Positions 52,194-62,983 are shown, numbered from the whole stretch's first letter. The stretch is DNA of 63,838 nucleotides, filler included, from a bacterium (GCA_040757115.1; 15 parts of 15 records of this genome joined end to end with filler, not necessarily neighbours in it), one strand, 5' to 3'. The notes: generated by a model not told the origin, from the sequence alone. A program made the numbers and translations.

Positions 52194-53081
52194 TTGTCCA
52201 AAAAAAATTTATTTAAACAAGAATTTAAGGCTAACTGGGAGATATTTAAGGCAAACAAATTAGGTTTATTTGGGCTTTGTTTGGTAATATTTTTTGGGAT
52301 AATGGCTTTAATTTCTCCTGTCCTACCAATGATAAATGAAATATATAAGCCTATGACCGGGGTTGACCCGGAGATTTTATGGGCAATGCCACCTTCAAAG
52401 ACTCATATCCTCGGCACAGATTTTATGGGCAGAGATATTTTAAGTCAATTAATGTGTGGGGCACAAATTGCCTTTGTTATTGGTATTACGGCGGCATTGG
52501 CCTCAGTCATAATTGGAACGGTCATCGGGTTAATTGCAGGTTATTTTGGTAATGTCATTGACACTTTATTTATGCGTCTGGCAGATATTGTGCTGACATT
52601 ACCTTCCCTGCCACTTATTATAATTATTGCCGCCGCTATTGGCAAACAGAGTATCTGGATTATTATCTTTATTATTGCCTTGCTTGGTTGGCCTTCTACG
52701 GCAAGGATAATTCGGGCTCAAACATTATCATTAAAAGAGCGTCCTTTTGTTGAAGCCGCACGCATTGCCGGGGCAAGTAACATGAGAATAATCTTTTACC
52801 ACATTGGACCTAATGTTCTCCCATTATCATTTTTGTATATGACCTTTGGGGTAAGTGGCGCAATTTTGACCGAAGCAGGACTAAGTTTTATTGGTCTGGG
52901 TGACCCATCGGTCGTAAGCTGGGGTATGATGCTCCAATGGTGTTTTACCACAGGTCATACATTCAAAGCACCTTACTGGATACTTCCACCGGGAATATGT
53001 ATTTCTCTTCTTACCTTCGCATTTTATCTTATCGGCAGGGCATTAGATGAAGTAATAAATCCAGGATTAAGAGAAAGATGA
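52194..53081 (+). CDS. Peptide/nickel ABC transporter permease (DppC/OppC-like)
   Basis: HILGTDFMGRD, FVEAARIAGAS (EAA loop), LSFIGLG...SWGMML. Confidence 0.92.
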   Translation: MSKKNLFKQEFKANWEIFKANKLGLFGLCLVIFFGIMALISPVLPMINEIYKPMTGVDPEILWAMPPSKTHILGTDFMGRDILSQLMCGAQIAFVIGITAALASVIIGTVIGLIAGYFGNVIDTLFMRLADIVLTLPSLPLIIIIAAAIGKQSIWIIIFIIALLGWPSTARIIRAQTLSLKERPFVEAARIAGASNMRIIFYHIGPNVLPLSFLYMTFGVSGAILTEAGLSFIGLGDPSVVSWGMMLQWCFTTGHTFKAPYWILPPGICISLLTFAFYLIGRALDEVINPGLRER

Positions 53082-53478
53082 ATTGGATTAAGGTGAATTT
53101 AGTAATCTATATCTTACAGGGTAATAAGTCAGTTATTTGGGGGAATGAAAATAGTAGGCAAGTAGGTAGTAGGTAAGTAGGAAAGGGATAAAGGATGTGC
53201 ACGGTATTCCTCTTCTGGGGGCAATGCCTCCCCCTTTCCTACTTTCAGGGAAAACGGTCATGAGTCTGCGACTCACAAAGTCTTATGGTGAAATGTCAAG
53301 TAAAAAATTAAGTTTTTTTAAAAATATTTTTCTTGACTTATATCCCTAAAAAGGCACAAAAATAGTATGTTCGGATACNNNNNNNNNNNNNNNNNNNNNN
53401 NNNNNNNNNNNNNNNNNNNNNNTTAATTAATTAANNNNNNNNNNNNNNNNNNNNNNNNNNNNNNNNNNNNNNNNNNNN

Positions 53479-53620
53479 AGAAATAGGTAGAAATTGATTG
53501 TGGAAAACAACAAATTTCCATAAATTTCTATTAGTTTCTACTAATTTCAATTTTTTTAATAATATCTCCCTATCTCCTTAATCTCCACATCTCCTTTTGT
53601 TACACTACCTGAACGCTTAC
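53479..53620 (-). mobile_element. End of high-copy ~240-bp MITE
   Basis: Ends CTGAACGCTTAC; matches 8811-8926. Confidence 0.8.
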
Positions 53621-53711
53621 GGGAATCTGTAACGATTTTGGATTTTCGATTTGGGATTTCCCTTCAATCCACAATCCAAAATTCTGTTTCCTGGGAGGGG
53701 GATAACAAAAA

Positions 53712-54329
53712 ATGCGAAAAGGATTACTCATTGCCTTATTTTGGGCGAGTATAGCCCTTGCCTCGCCACTGGTTATTTCTAAACCAACTGTCTTCCTTAA
53801 AGATACATTTTTGGCAACATCGTTTAAAACACAACATCTATTAGGACAACAAGAGATAAAAACTATCCAGAGCGGTTTTACGGTTACTATTAAGATTGAT
53901 GTTGAATTATGGAAGAAGGGTAGATTATTTCATGACCTGGAAACTACCCGTCAGATAACCAAAGAAATATCTTATGATATCTGGGAAAAAATCTATACAT
54001 TAAGATTTGATAAAGGAGATATATTAAAATTTGATAACCTGACAGATTTAAAAGAGACTTTAAACCAGGAAGATATTGTCCTCATTAGACCTTTAAAGGG
54101 ATTAGAAGGTAAAAAAGTATATTTTGTGCAAATCAGGGTTGATATTGAGTCAATTAATAAAAAAGAAATGGAAGAAATAGCAAAAAGAATCAATGGCGAC
54201 TCCCCAGCGTTTATAAATCTCCAGAAGATATTTGCGGTATTAGTTAGACATCGTTCTAAAGATATAAAGTCATATATCCAATCTGATAATTTTAAACCGG
54301 ATACATTAAAAGGAATCTCAAATGATTAA
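53712..54329 (+). CDS. DUF4390-like exported protein
   Basis: Signal peptide; IQSGFTVTI...ISYDIWEKIY; typical position upstream of an NtrY-like kinase. Confidence 0.65.
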   Translation: MRKGLLIALFWASIALASPLVISKPTVFLKDTFLATSFKTQHLLGQQEIKTIQSGFTVTIKIDVELWKKGRLFHDLETTRQITKEISYDIWEKIYTLRFDKGDILKFDNLTDLKETLNQEDIVLIRPLKGLEGKKVYFVQIRVDIESINKKEMEEIAKRINGDSPAFINLQKIFAVLVRHRSKDIKSYIQSDNFKPDTLKGISND

Positions 54330-55806
54330 TGTCATACTTTTATTAGCCATTTTGTTTATTATAATGGTAACAGTGATACAGGTGAGTAAAAAGATTCAGA
54401 TAAAAATGGTCGTTTGTTTCTTTTTAATCTCCTTAATGCCGATTATACCCCTTATCTTTGTTATTAATAGTATTATTGAAAAAAGCTTGAATATTGGGGT
54501 CAACAAGGAAATTATTGATACCCTTCAGAGTGCTAAGGTCTTAGTTGAAGAGGTTCTGGATAGAGAAAAGGAAAAGGTGGCTCAAGAGGCAGTATATTTG
54601 AGCAAAAACCCAGCCTTTATTTCTAAAACTAAGAATGCAGAATTATTAGAGGCACCCAATCCTCTGGTTAAAAAGGCAGGACATCTAAAAAAAACATTTA
54701 CAATAGTTTGTGGCGAAAATAACGAAATAGTCAAAGGTATTGCCCCGATATTTGAAGGGGATAGGGTTCAAAAAGTAGTTGTGGTTAGTTCTACATTAGA
54801 CAAGGAATTTATCCAGGGGGCACAGAAGCTTAAAAATAGCCTGAAATTTTATAGTTCATTAAATTTACTTCGAGTGCCTATTGAAAAAGGATATTTGCTA
54901 ATATTTATTTCTATTGCCCTGGTAATGATATTTCTGTCATTTTTAACTGGCTATGTCATTTCTCGAAAATTAACAAAACCACTTAAAAGCCTGATAAAAG
55001 GGTTAGAAGAAGTAGGTTTGGGGAATCTTGATTATCAGGTTAATGTCCAGACTAAAGATGAGATGGCCAGAACAATAAATTCATTTAATAAAATGGTAAA
55101 GGAATTAAAGGAAAGCAGGGAGTTATTGATTTTTGCGGAACGAGAATCTGCCTGGCGAGGGATAGCCCAGCGAATAGCCCATGAAATTAAGGGTCCCCTT
55201 ACACCTATCGTATTATCTTTGCAACATCTTCAGGATAAATTCTATAAAGACCCTAAATCTTTCGAGGCTATTCTAAAGGATTGCACTCGAAGGATAACCG
55301 AAGAGGTCGAGGTTTTACACAAGATGGCAAAGGAATTCTCGGAATTTGCCCGTATGCCCACACCTTGCTTTGAATTTACTGATGTAAATAAAATCCTCGA
55401 AGATACGGTTAGCCTTTTTGCCCAAATTAGTCCGGCGGTAGAGATTAAAGTAATCTACGGTGTTAATTTACCGCGAATTAAACTCGACCGTGAAAGGATG
55501 AAAATGGTCTTTAAAAATATCATTCAAAATGGAATTGATGCCTTCCTTGAGAAAACAGGTGAAATCAATATCGAAACCTCTTGCGATAGCGAATTTCTAA
55601 AGATAGAATTTAAAGATACAGGTACTGGCATGGATGAAGAGACGATAAAAAAAATCTTTACCCCATATTTCTCGACTAAATCTCACGGAATGGGGTTGGG
55701 ATTAGCCATTGTTGAGAAGATTATAAAAGAACATCATGGTCAGATTGATGTTAAAAGTCAGCCGAATAAAGGAACGACATTTATGATTATTTTACCGGTA
55801 AAATAA
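54322..55806 (+). CDS. NtrY-like HAMP-domain sensor histidine kinase
   Basis: TM-HAMP; AWRGIAQRIAHEIKGPLTP; FTPYFSTK..GMGLGL. Confidence 0.9.
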   Translation: MINVILLLAILFIIMVTVIQVSKKIQIKMVVCFFLISLMPIIPLIFVINSIIEKSLNIGVNKEIIDTLQSAKVLVEEVLDREKEKVAQEAVYLSKNPAFISKTKNAELLEAPNPLVKKAGHLKKTFTIVCGENNEIVKGIAPIFEGDRVQKVVVVSSTLDKEFIQGAQKLKNSLKFYSSLNLLRVPIEKGYLLIFISIALVMIFLSFLTGYVISRKLTKPLKSLIKGLEEVGLGNLDYQVNVQTKDEMARTINSFNKMVKELKESRELLIFAERESAWRGIAQRIAHEIKGPLTPIVLSLQHLQDKFYKDPKSFEAILKDCTRRITEEVEVLHKMAKEFSEFARMPTPCFEFTDVNKILEDTVSLFAQISPAVEIKVIYGVNLPRIKLDRERMKMVFKNIIQNGIDAFLEKTGEINIETSCDSEFLKIEFKDTGTGMDEETIKKIFTPYFSTKSHGMGLGLAIVEKIIKEHHGQIDVKSQPNKGTTFMIILPVK

Positions 55807-55809
55807 AGG

Positions 55810-56028
55810 GTAACCGTTCAGCCACAGAGGCACAGAGTTCACAGAGAATTAGAGAAATGAGCCACAAAGTAAGCGTTCAGGTGGTGTAACAAAAGGAGAT
55901 ATGGAGATTAAGGAGATAGGGAGATATTATAAAAAAATTGAAATTAATAGAAACTAATAGAAATTTATGGAAATTTGTTGTTTTCCACAATCAATTTCTA
56001 CCTATTTCTATAAATTTCAATCTATTTC
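55810..56028 (+). mobile_element. MITE start (55810) with the high-copy MITE nested inside it (from 55869)
   Basis: GTAACCGTTCAG followed 59 bp later by GTAAGCGTTCAG. Confidence 0.8.
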
Positions 56029-56221
56029 NNNNNNNNNNNNNNNNNNNNNNNNNNNNNNNNNNNNNNNNNNNNTTAATTAATTAANNNNNNNNNNNNNNNN
56101 NNNNNNNNNNNNNNNNNNNNNNNNNNNNCTGATTCGCTGTCTTTTCCTTTTCCTCTGCCTCACCGAATTATTCATTCACGGTTGACCCTAAAATATCCTT
56201 TTTTCTTAATTCACAATTCAA

Positions 56222-56470
56222 GATGTGACCCCTGACCTGACCGTGACCCCTGACCTGACCTGACCACAAGATGTGACCCCTGACCTGACCCTGACCCCTG
56301 ACCTGACCCCTGACCCTGCACGACCCCTGACCCTGCAGACCCCTGACCCTGCATGACCCCTGACCCTGCATGACCCCTGACCCTGCATGACCCCTGACCC
56401 TGACCTGACCCCTGACCCTGACCTGACCCCTGACCCTGACCGACCCCTGACCCTGCCCCTGCCCCTGCCC
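56222..56470. repeat. Imperfect tandem array of TGACCCC/TGACCC/TGACC units
   Basis: Directly visible GC-rich array. Confidence 0.93.
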
Positions 56471-56750
56471 TCTTTCTTATCTTGCAGAAGGGTGGACCAC
56501 CTCCATTCTTGCATCCTTTCTTGCAACGAAACTTGACCATAGCCCCAAGGACTTCGTAGCATTTGCTGTAATCCTTAAAGACTTTGCCAAAGCCCTCATC
56601 AGCAATAAATTCTGCAAACTTATCATATCTGCATACCCTCAGTTCTTTCCTGAGATCTCTTGCCAAATCAGGAATTTTGCCAGTATAGCCGTGGCAATCT
56701 CCGCAGTAGAGACCACAATATGCAATCAAATTTTTATCTTCCGCCTTCAT
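56471..56750 (-). pseudogene. DUF3795-like Cys-rich protein cassette, C-terminus replaced by the repeat array
   Basis: IAYCGLYCGDC...CKKGCKNGGGPPFCKIRK, then Gly/Gln-rich repeat translation; GGAGG RBS right after the GTTAGGT core site. Confidence 0.72.
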
Positions 56751-56766
56751 CTTTTCTCCTCCTGCC

Positions 56767-56898
56767 ACCTAACGATAAAGTTCAGGTGCGGCGGGGAGAA
56801 TTACCACAAAAGTTTGATAGCAAGATAAAACTTTGAGAGACCACAAAACTCTGACCACGGCACAGTCCCCCGCCGTCAACTGCAACGCAGGGTTAGAC
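56767..56898 (-). other. attC site (132 bp)
   Basis: ACCTAAC...GTTAGAC; GTTCAGGTGCGGCGGGG pairs with CCCCGCCGTCAACTGCAAC, with extrahelical bases. Confidence 0.82.
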
Positions 56899-57076
56899 AA
56901 AAGCTTTGATTCGCTGTCTTTTCCTTTTCCTCTGCCTCACCGAATTATTGTGCATTCCACATTCACGGTTGACCCTAAAATATCTCCCTTTTATTTTCTC
57001 ACACAAAGAACACAAAGGTTTATTGTTTTATTCAATTCCTTTGTGACTTTGTGTCTCTGTGTGATTATTTTTATTA
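56899..57076 (-). repeat. Repeated ORF-poor cassette (copies at 58218-58403 and partial 56129-56210)
   Basis: Near-identical sequence between attC sites. Confidence 0.85.
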
Positions 57077-57125
57077 GTCTAACGATAAAATAACCTGCTC
57101 TGTCAGGTTCATTGTTTTGTTAGGT
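57077..57125 (-). other. Very short attC site (49 bp)
   Basis: GTCTAAC-5-AATAACCT...AGGTT(C)ATT-5-GTTAGGT; the upstream gene's stop codon lies in the inverse core. Confidence 0.78.
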
Positions 57126-58067
57126 GTTTATAATCTTCTTCTGAGTTGTAGAACATTTTCCCCGGCCAATAATTGCTTCGATTCTATTCTTTAAGTCTTT
57201 GCGAGCTTGGTCAAAATCATCTTCTTTCCAAGTGATAAACTTATATTGCCTGACATCAAAATGAACTTCGTTGTTATCAACTTCATCTTGTTTGCACAAC
57301 CAAATTACGGGTAATCCCATACCCAATGCATAGCCAGCTTCAAAATAAACACCGTCCCGTTGTCCTGTAAAATCAGCAACAACAAACTTGCTTCTTTTTA
57401 TCATTGATATAATCTCATCATCTATACGATTTACATGCTCATGTTTATCTATACGCAAAGGTTTATAACCAGCATCTATTATTCCAGCCTCAATAACATT
57501 TCTTAAAAGAGGATCCAATTCTTTATCAAAACACATAGCTATAAAAGCAATTTGACTTTCTGGATTAATCTGACTCAATTCCTCAATATAAGCCCATCCT
57601 TCAGCGGTTATCTTATAATGATAATCTTTTGCTTCTTCCACCAGAAATTGCTTACACTTAACAAGATAATGATTAACTATAAAGGACAGTTCATCCTTAT
57701 TTTGTGTCCATGAAACTCCATTAACCTCTGGATTTTGATAAACTTGAAAAGTTTGTCCTGGAACAGGGTATTTTCTAACTAAAAACCTCAATAACTTTTC
57801 AGCCTTTTCTGCAACAGTTGGGGTTTTTATTTTTCTAAGATGTTCTATCTGCTCGGGTGTGATCATTTTTCCTTTATTCTCTCTGAACCATCCTGAAATA
57901 TTAGCTATCTCCAATTGAGTAAACGGGTAGTTTTTTATAATACTTCTATCATCTCTTGAAATTCTATAATCACTGCATCTTGGACAATCTACTATGTAGA
58001 CTGTACCACCATCATCCCTATATTCTGCATCTAACGAACATATGAAACATTTACATTTAGAAATCAT
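57120..58067 (-). CDS. Zn-ribbon plus nucleoside 2-deoxyribosyltransferase/TIR-like domain protein (cassette)
   Basis: CFIC...CPRC; AFIAMCF...IKRSKFVVADFTGQRDGVYFEAGYALG. Confidence 0.72.
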   Translation of the reverse strand: MISKCKCFICSLDAEYRDDGGTVYIVDCPRCSDYRISRDDRSIIKNYPFTQLEIANISGWFRENKGKMITPEQIEHLRKIKTPTVAEKAEKLLRFLVRKYPVPGQTFQVYQNPEVNGVSWTQNKDELSFIVNHYLVKCKQFLVEEAKDYHYKITAEGWAYIEELSQINPESQIAFIAMCFDKELDPLLRNVIEAGIIDAGYKPLRIDKHEHVNRIDDEIISMIKRSKFVVADFTGQRDGVYFEAGYALGMGLPVIWLCKQDEVDNNEVHFDVRQYKFITWKEDDFDQARKDLKNRIEAIIGRGKCSTTQKKIINT

Positions 58068-58086
58068 TTGTTTTCTCCATTTCTAC

Positions 58087-58217
58087 ATCTAACGATTGAG
58101 CTCACCTGCTGCGGGGCGGATTACCACCAAACTTTGTAAACAAGATAAAAGCTTAAGATACCACAAAACTCTAATTACGGCACAGCCCCCGCCGTCAACT
58201 GCAACGCAGGGTTAGAC
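58087..58217 (-). other. attC site (131 bp), homologous to 56767-56898
   Basis: ATCTAAC...GTTAGAC with a similar stem and variable region. Confidence 0.8.
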
Positions 58218-58403
58218 AAAAGCTCTGATTCGCTGTCTTTTCCTTTTCCTCTGCCTCACCGAATTATTGTGCATTCCACATTCACGGTTGACCCTAAAAT
58301 ATCTCCTTTTTATTTTCTCACACAAAGCCACAAAGAACACAAAGGTTTATTGTTTTATTCAATTCCTTTGTGACTTTGTGTCTCTGTGTGATTATTTTTA
58401 TTA

Positions 58404-58465
58404 TTCTAACGACTGAGCTCACCTGCCCGAGCGAAGCGATGGTCAAGTGCAGCGATGGGTTAGGT
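58404..58465 (-). other. attC site (62 bp)
   Basis: TTCTAAC...GCTCACCTG/CAAGTGCAGC...GTTAGGT. Confidence 0.78.
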
Positions 58466-58768
58466 GGCACTTTCCGTATACCAATACCTTTTCCCTTTAA
58501 GGAATTCTTCGGCTCCTTTTTTCTTAAGTGTTATTAGATTCTTTATCCTGAAATCGGCAAGTAGTTGAGTAAAAAGGGGGGAGTGGGGTAAAAAAGAAGG
58601 CTATTTTGACAAATTGGGGAGAGAATTAAGGAAAAGATGAAGGGAATTAGATAACAGATAGGATTAAGNNNNNNNNNNNNNNNNNNNNNNNNNNNNNNNN
58701 NNNNNNNNNNNNTTAATTAATTAANNNNNNNNNNNNNNNNNNNNNNNNNNNNNNNNNNNNNNNNNNNN

Positions 58769-61293
58769 GTATCTACTACAAAGGTACCCGTTCCAACACC
58801 ACTATTTCCATACAACTCTGCGGTATCCGTGCCGATAACGGCAATGGTGGCAGTGCCATCATAACCTGAAATTACCGTAGTATAAGTCCCAATATATACA
58901 GAGGTATAACCAGATTTCAAGGTAAAGGTAGCAAGGGTTATGGTTGAGGTGCCATTTTGAGTAACTGTGACTAATGGCGATATGCGTAATTCTTCAGAGG
59001 AAACGACAGTTATAATTACCGGTCCTCCTTTTGTCGGATCAGGTGTCGCAGAAATATCAAATGTAGGTCGTGTATTATCCACATATACTCGCATCAAATC
59101 CGAATAACCCCAATTCCCACTTAATTCTGTTGCCTTTATCTTTATCGTATGCCAACCATCTGTAAGCGTCCCTGTGAACCAATTATATGTCCCAGAACCA
59201 GTTTCGGTATATACTCCACCATCTATACTTATCCAACCGGATGTATTCGTCGCACCATCTACGGTAAATGTTACGGTTACTGTACTTCTCACCCTTAATC
59301 CCTCTGTTGGATAGGTTATAGCTATCGCTGGAAGGGTATTATCAACTCTAAATTCCGAACTGGTTGTACTACTTGCTAAATTTACTTCATCGGTAGCGGT
59401 TACTTTGACAGTGTAAGAACCATTATTTACCTCTTTAGTATTCCATATTATATTAAAGGGAGCACTTGTATCCTGACCAATTAGATACCACGAAATAGTA
59501 TTAGTGGAATATTCAAATAATACCGAGGCTACATCTGGAGAATAAGTACCAACATTTATTATAATAGTTCCTCTAACCACCCCAGTTTCAGTAATAGTAG
59601 CAATAGAAATCATCGGGGCTGTATTATCAACCTCAATATTTGCATTTGTATCTGTCCCAACTACCGTTCCCTCCCCAGCAAAAGCTGTTGCCCTGATAAT
59701 CCATGTTCCATCTGTAAATGCCTTTGTATTCCATAATGCACTCCAACCATCCGCTTTCGTTGTATCTGTATAAGAACCTATTGAGAAATCGCGTGGGTCA
59801 TACCATGTAGTTCCTCCTGTACCAATTTCAAACTGCACCCTATCAGTATCGCTTGGTGCTGAAACTCGTATTGTTACTGTTCCTGTTATATGTGCATCTT
59901 CAAGTGGCTCTAAAATTACCAGACCAGCCAATGTATTATCTATCTGAACAACTCGTATTGTAGAATAACCAATATTACCTTCAACATCTTCCCCTCTAAT
60001 TTGTAGTGTATGGGCACCATCTGGAATATCTTTTGTTACCCAAGTATAAGTTCCATAACCTGCTGAGTTCCATTGGGTTACCTCTCCTTTATTTTCACCG
60101 TCAATTAAAATAGTTGGTGTCCCATAAAACCATGTAGTTGCTTCCGTCCCGCAGAATATAACCGTAAGAGTTCCGTAAAGGATACTGGTCGTCGGTGGTG
60201 CCGTAATCTTAAACTCGGGTGCGGTATTATCTACTAATGTAGCCGCATAAGCGGTGTAAGTATTACCCACCTCATCCTTTGATGTCGCCTGAATTGTATA
60301 TGTACCATCTTTTAGCCCAAGTGTATTCCACCAGATTCCAAATGGAGAGGTTACATCAATCCCAATTGAATATGTTCCCATTCCTGAACCACATTCAAAG
60401 AAAATTTCATCTATATCACCCGCTAATGAACTGATTGTAATCGTGCCTTGTTTTGAAATAGGTGACCTGACATTCACAGTTATAGTTGCCGCAGTATTAT
60501 CTATTTCTATATCCGTTGATACCGCAGTTCCAAGTGTCTCGCTACCTGAATTATAAGCCCTTGCATAAACCTTATAATCCGATGCATCGGTAAAACTACC
60601 GGTAGTCCATGTTCCTGTCCAACCATCTACCCCATAAGTATCTGTGGTAGTAGCGAATGGCACACCCGTCAAACTCCATGTAGTCGAGGTATTTCCTCTG
60701 GCAATCCAGAATTCTACCCAAGCAGTATTTTGTGGTGCTGAAAGTCGCACTATCCAATCACCTCTGACATGAGCACCTGATGCTGGAGTAAGTATCACTA
60801 CCTCTTCTAAAGAATTATCTACTAATACACATCTTATTTCAGAATAACCAATATTACCTGCCTCATCCATTGCCCTTATTTGAAGTAAATGTGTAGTATC
60901 CATAACACTAAGTGTATTCCAGGAATGTGTGCCATATTGAGGTGACCATTGAGAAACAGATGTCCATGTTCCACCATCAATAGAAATAGTTGGTGTGCCT
61001 GAAATAGAAGTAGTATCATCCCATGCCCTGAATACGACAGGGACAACATTTTGTAGTATTTTTGCTCCCGGTAAGGCACCATCAATCAAATCGATAGTAA
61101 CTTGCGGGGCGGTATTATCCACCCGCACCTCTGAACTCGTGCTTGCCGTCAACCCAACTTCATCTACACTACTTGCCTTCACCGTATAACTCCCATCTTG
61201 CAAACCTATTGTATTCCAATCTGCCAGCCACGGGGCAATACTATCAATTAATATCGTGTAAGTCGCTGTTTCGTTTAACCGACTATATTCAAA
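58769..61293 (-). CDS. Large Ig-like (Big) repeat surface protein fragment
   Basis: Repeated WNT..L.DG.YT..A.A.DE.GN...VDNTAP units; open at both contig ends. Confidence 0.87.
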
Positions 61294-61492
61294 CNNNNNN
61301 NNNNNNNNNNNNNNNNNNNNNNNNNNNNNNNNNNNNNNTTAATTAATTAANNNNNNNNNNNNNNNNNNNNNNNNNNNNNNNNNNNNNNNNNNNNTTGTGT
61401 TTGATGTCCAGTGTCTGAATCGCAGGGACAGAACTTTTTCCTTGACAAAAGGACAAAAATTTGATATTCTTTACCTAAAAGAAGGATAAATT

Positions 61493-62782
61493 ATGTTCCC
61501 AAAAGAAAGACTCAAAGAAATCATAGTAGGTAATGGCGAATTTATCTTAAACCAGGTAGGCACAATTATCAAAAGGGAAGGGCTTTATCTTCCAGAAGGA
61601 TTAAATAAGGTCATTGTATTATACGGAGTAAGGAGAAGCGGTAAAACATTCATCCTTTATGATTTATTCAGAACCTTCCAAGATTCTGCCTTGTATATTG
61701 ATTTTGAGGATGAAAGATTGATTGATTTTAAGGTAAGTGATTTTGAAATCCTAAAAGAGGCTTTTTTAGAACTTAATCCACATCTTATAAATAAACCAAA
61801 AACATTTCTCTTCGACGAGATACAAAACATAAAGGATTGGGAAAGATTTGCCAGGCGAGCGGTTGAAAAAGAGAAAATAACCCTATTTGTAAGTGGTTCA
61901 TCCTCTAAAATTATGCCAGAAGAGATACATACATCCCTGAGGGGAAGGGCATGGAGCATACAGATAAATCCATTTTCTTTCAAAGAATACCTCAAAACCC
62001 AAAATATCTTGTCAAACAAAGACTTTATTTATACAGAGAAGAAAATACTCATCAAAAACCATTTTAAAGATTACTTAAGATGGGGTGGTTTCCCAGAGAT
62101 TATCTTAGGAAAGGGTGAGTTTGAGAAAGGTAAAATATTAAAGGAATATCTTGGCTCAATATTCTTTAAAGATTTAGTGGAAAGATTCAGAATAAATAAT
62201 ATCCCTCTTTTGGAACGATTAATCGATGCTCTATTTTCCTCATTCTCCCAAAGATTTTCACTCTCCTCTTTTTATAAGCAATATAAAGATAAACTTCCCT
62301 TCTCAAAGGATAGCCTGTTTAGTTATCATAAATACCTTCTTGAAAGTATGCTTATCTTTGAGGTAAGAAAATTTACTACATCTTCTTATAAAAGGATGAG
62401 GAATCCGGCTAAACTATATTTGGTAGATACAGGCATTACAAGAAGGATAACTCAACAAGACCTGGGTAGATTGTTAGAGAACATAGTCTTTTTAGAGTTA
62501 AGAAAATATACAGAGAATATCTTTTATTTTGAAGAGGAAAGGGAATGTGATTTTGTGGTAAATAAGGATGATAGACTATTTGCCTATCAGGTGTGTTATG
62601 AACTGAATGAAGAAAATAGAATCAGGGAATTGGAGGGATTAGTATCAGCTACACTACACATAGGATTAAAAGAGGGATGTATTTTAACCTATGACCAGGA
62701 GGAAGAATTATATAAGGATGGCGTCAGGATAAGGATAATGCCTGTCTGGAAATGGGTTATCGAAGATGCCAATCCTACTTAA
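61493..62782 (+). CDS. AAA_14 ATPase with DUF4143 domain
   Basis: GVRRSGKT, LFDEIQ, VSGSSS, WGGFPE, KLYLVDTG, ECDFVV; promoter TTGACA-17-TATTCT at 61442-61470. Confidence 0.9.
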   Translation: MFPKERLKEIIVGNGEFILNQVGTIIKREGLYLPEGLNKVIVLYGVRRSGKTFILYDLFRTFQDSALYIDFEDERLIDFKVSDFEILKEAFLELNPHLINKPKTFLFDEIQNIKDWERFARRAVEKEKITLFVSGSSSKIMPEEIHTSLRGRAWSIQINPFSFKEYLKTQNILSNKDFIYTEKKILIKNHFKDYLRWGGFPEIILGKGEFEKGKILKEYLGSIFFKDLVERFRINNIPLLERLIDALFSSFSQRFSLSSFYKQYKDKLPFSKDSLFSYHKYLLESMLIFEVRKFTTSSYKRMRNPAKLYLVDTGITRRITQQDLGRLLENIVFLELRKYTENIFYFEEERECDFVVNKDDRLFAYQVCYELNEENRIRELEGLVSATLHIGLKEGCILTYDQEEELYKDGVRIRIMPVWKWVIEDANPT

Positions 62783-62983
62783 AATCAGAACCAATAAGGG
62801 ACAAAGTATGTGTTAGCTAATCAGAAATGGGGAAAGAAAATCAAAATAAAATAAGCACTAAATGGCTTCGCAATACTTCGTATTGGTGTCTGGGATTTAT
62901 TTGATGTTTGCTCTACCACGCTTGGCTACTGCTTGCAAAAAACTTGATAAAAAGATGAAGACCGGGTAAATAATTAATAAGAA

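Noticed and set aside
56222-56470. Possible CRISPR array or real Gly/Gln-rich protein
   Set aside because: Units are 5-7 bp with no unique spacers and no cas genes; the Gly-rich ORFs are translations of the repeat.
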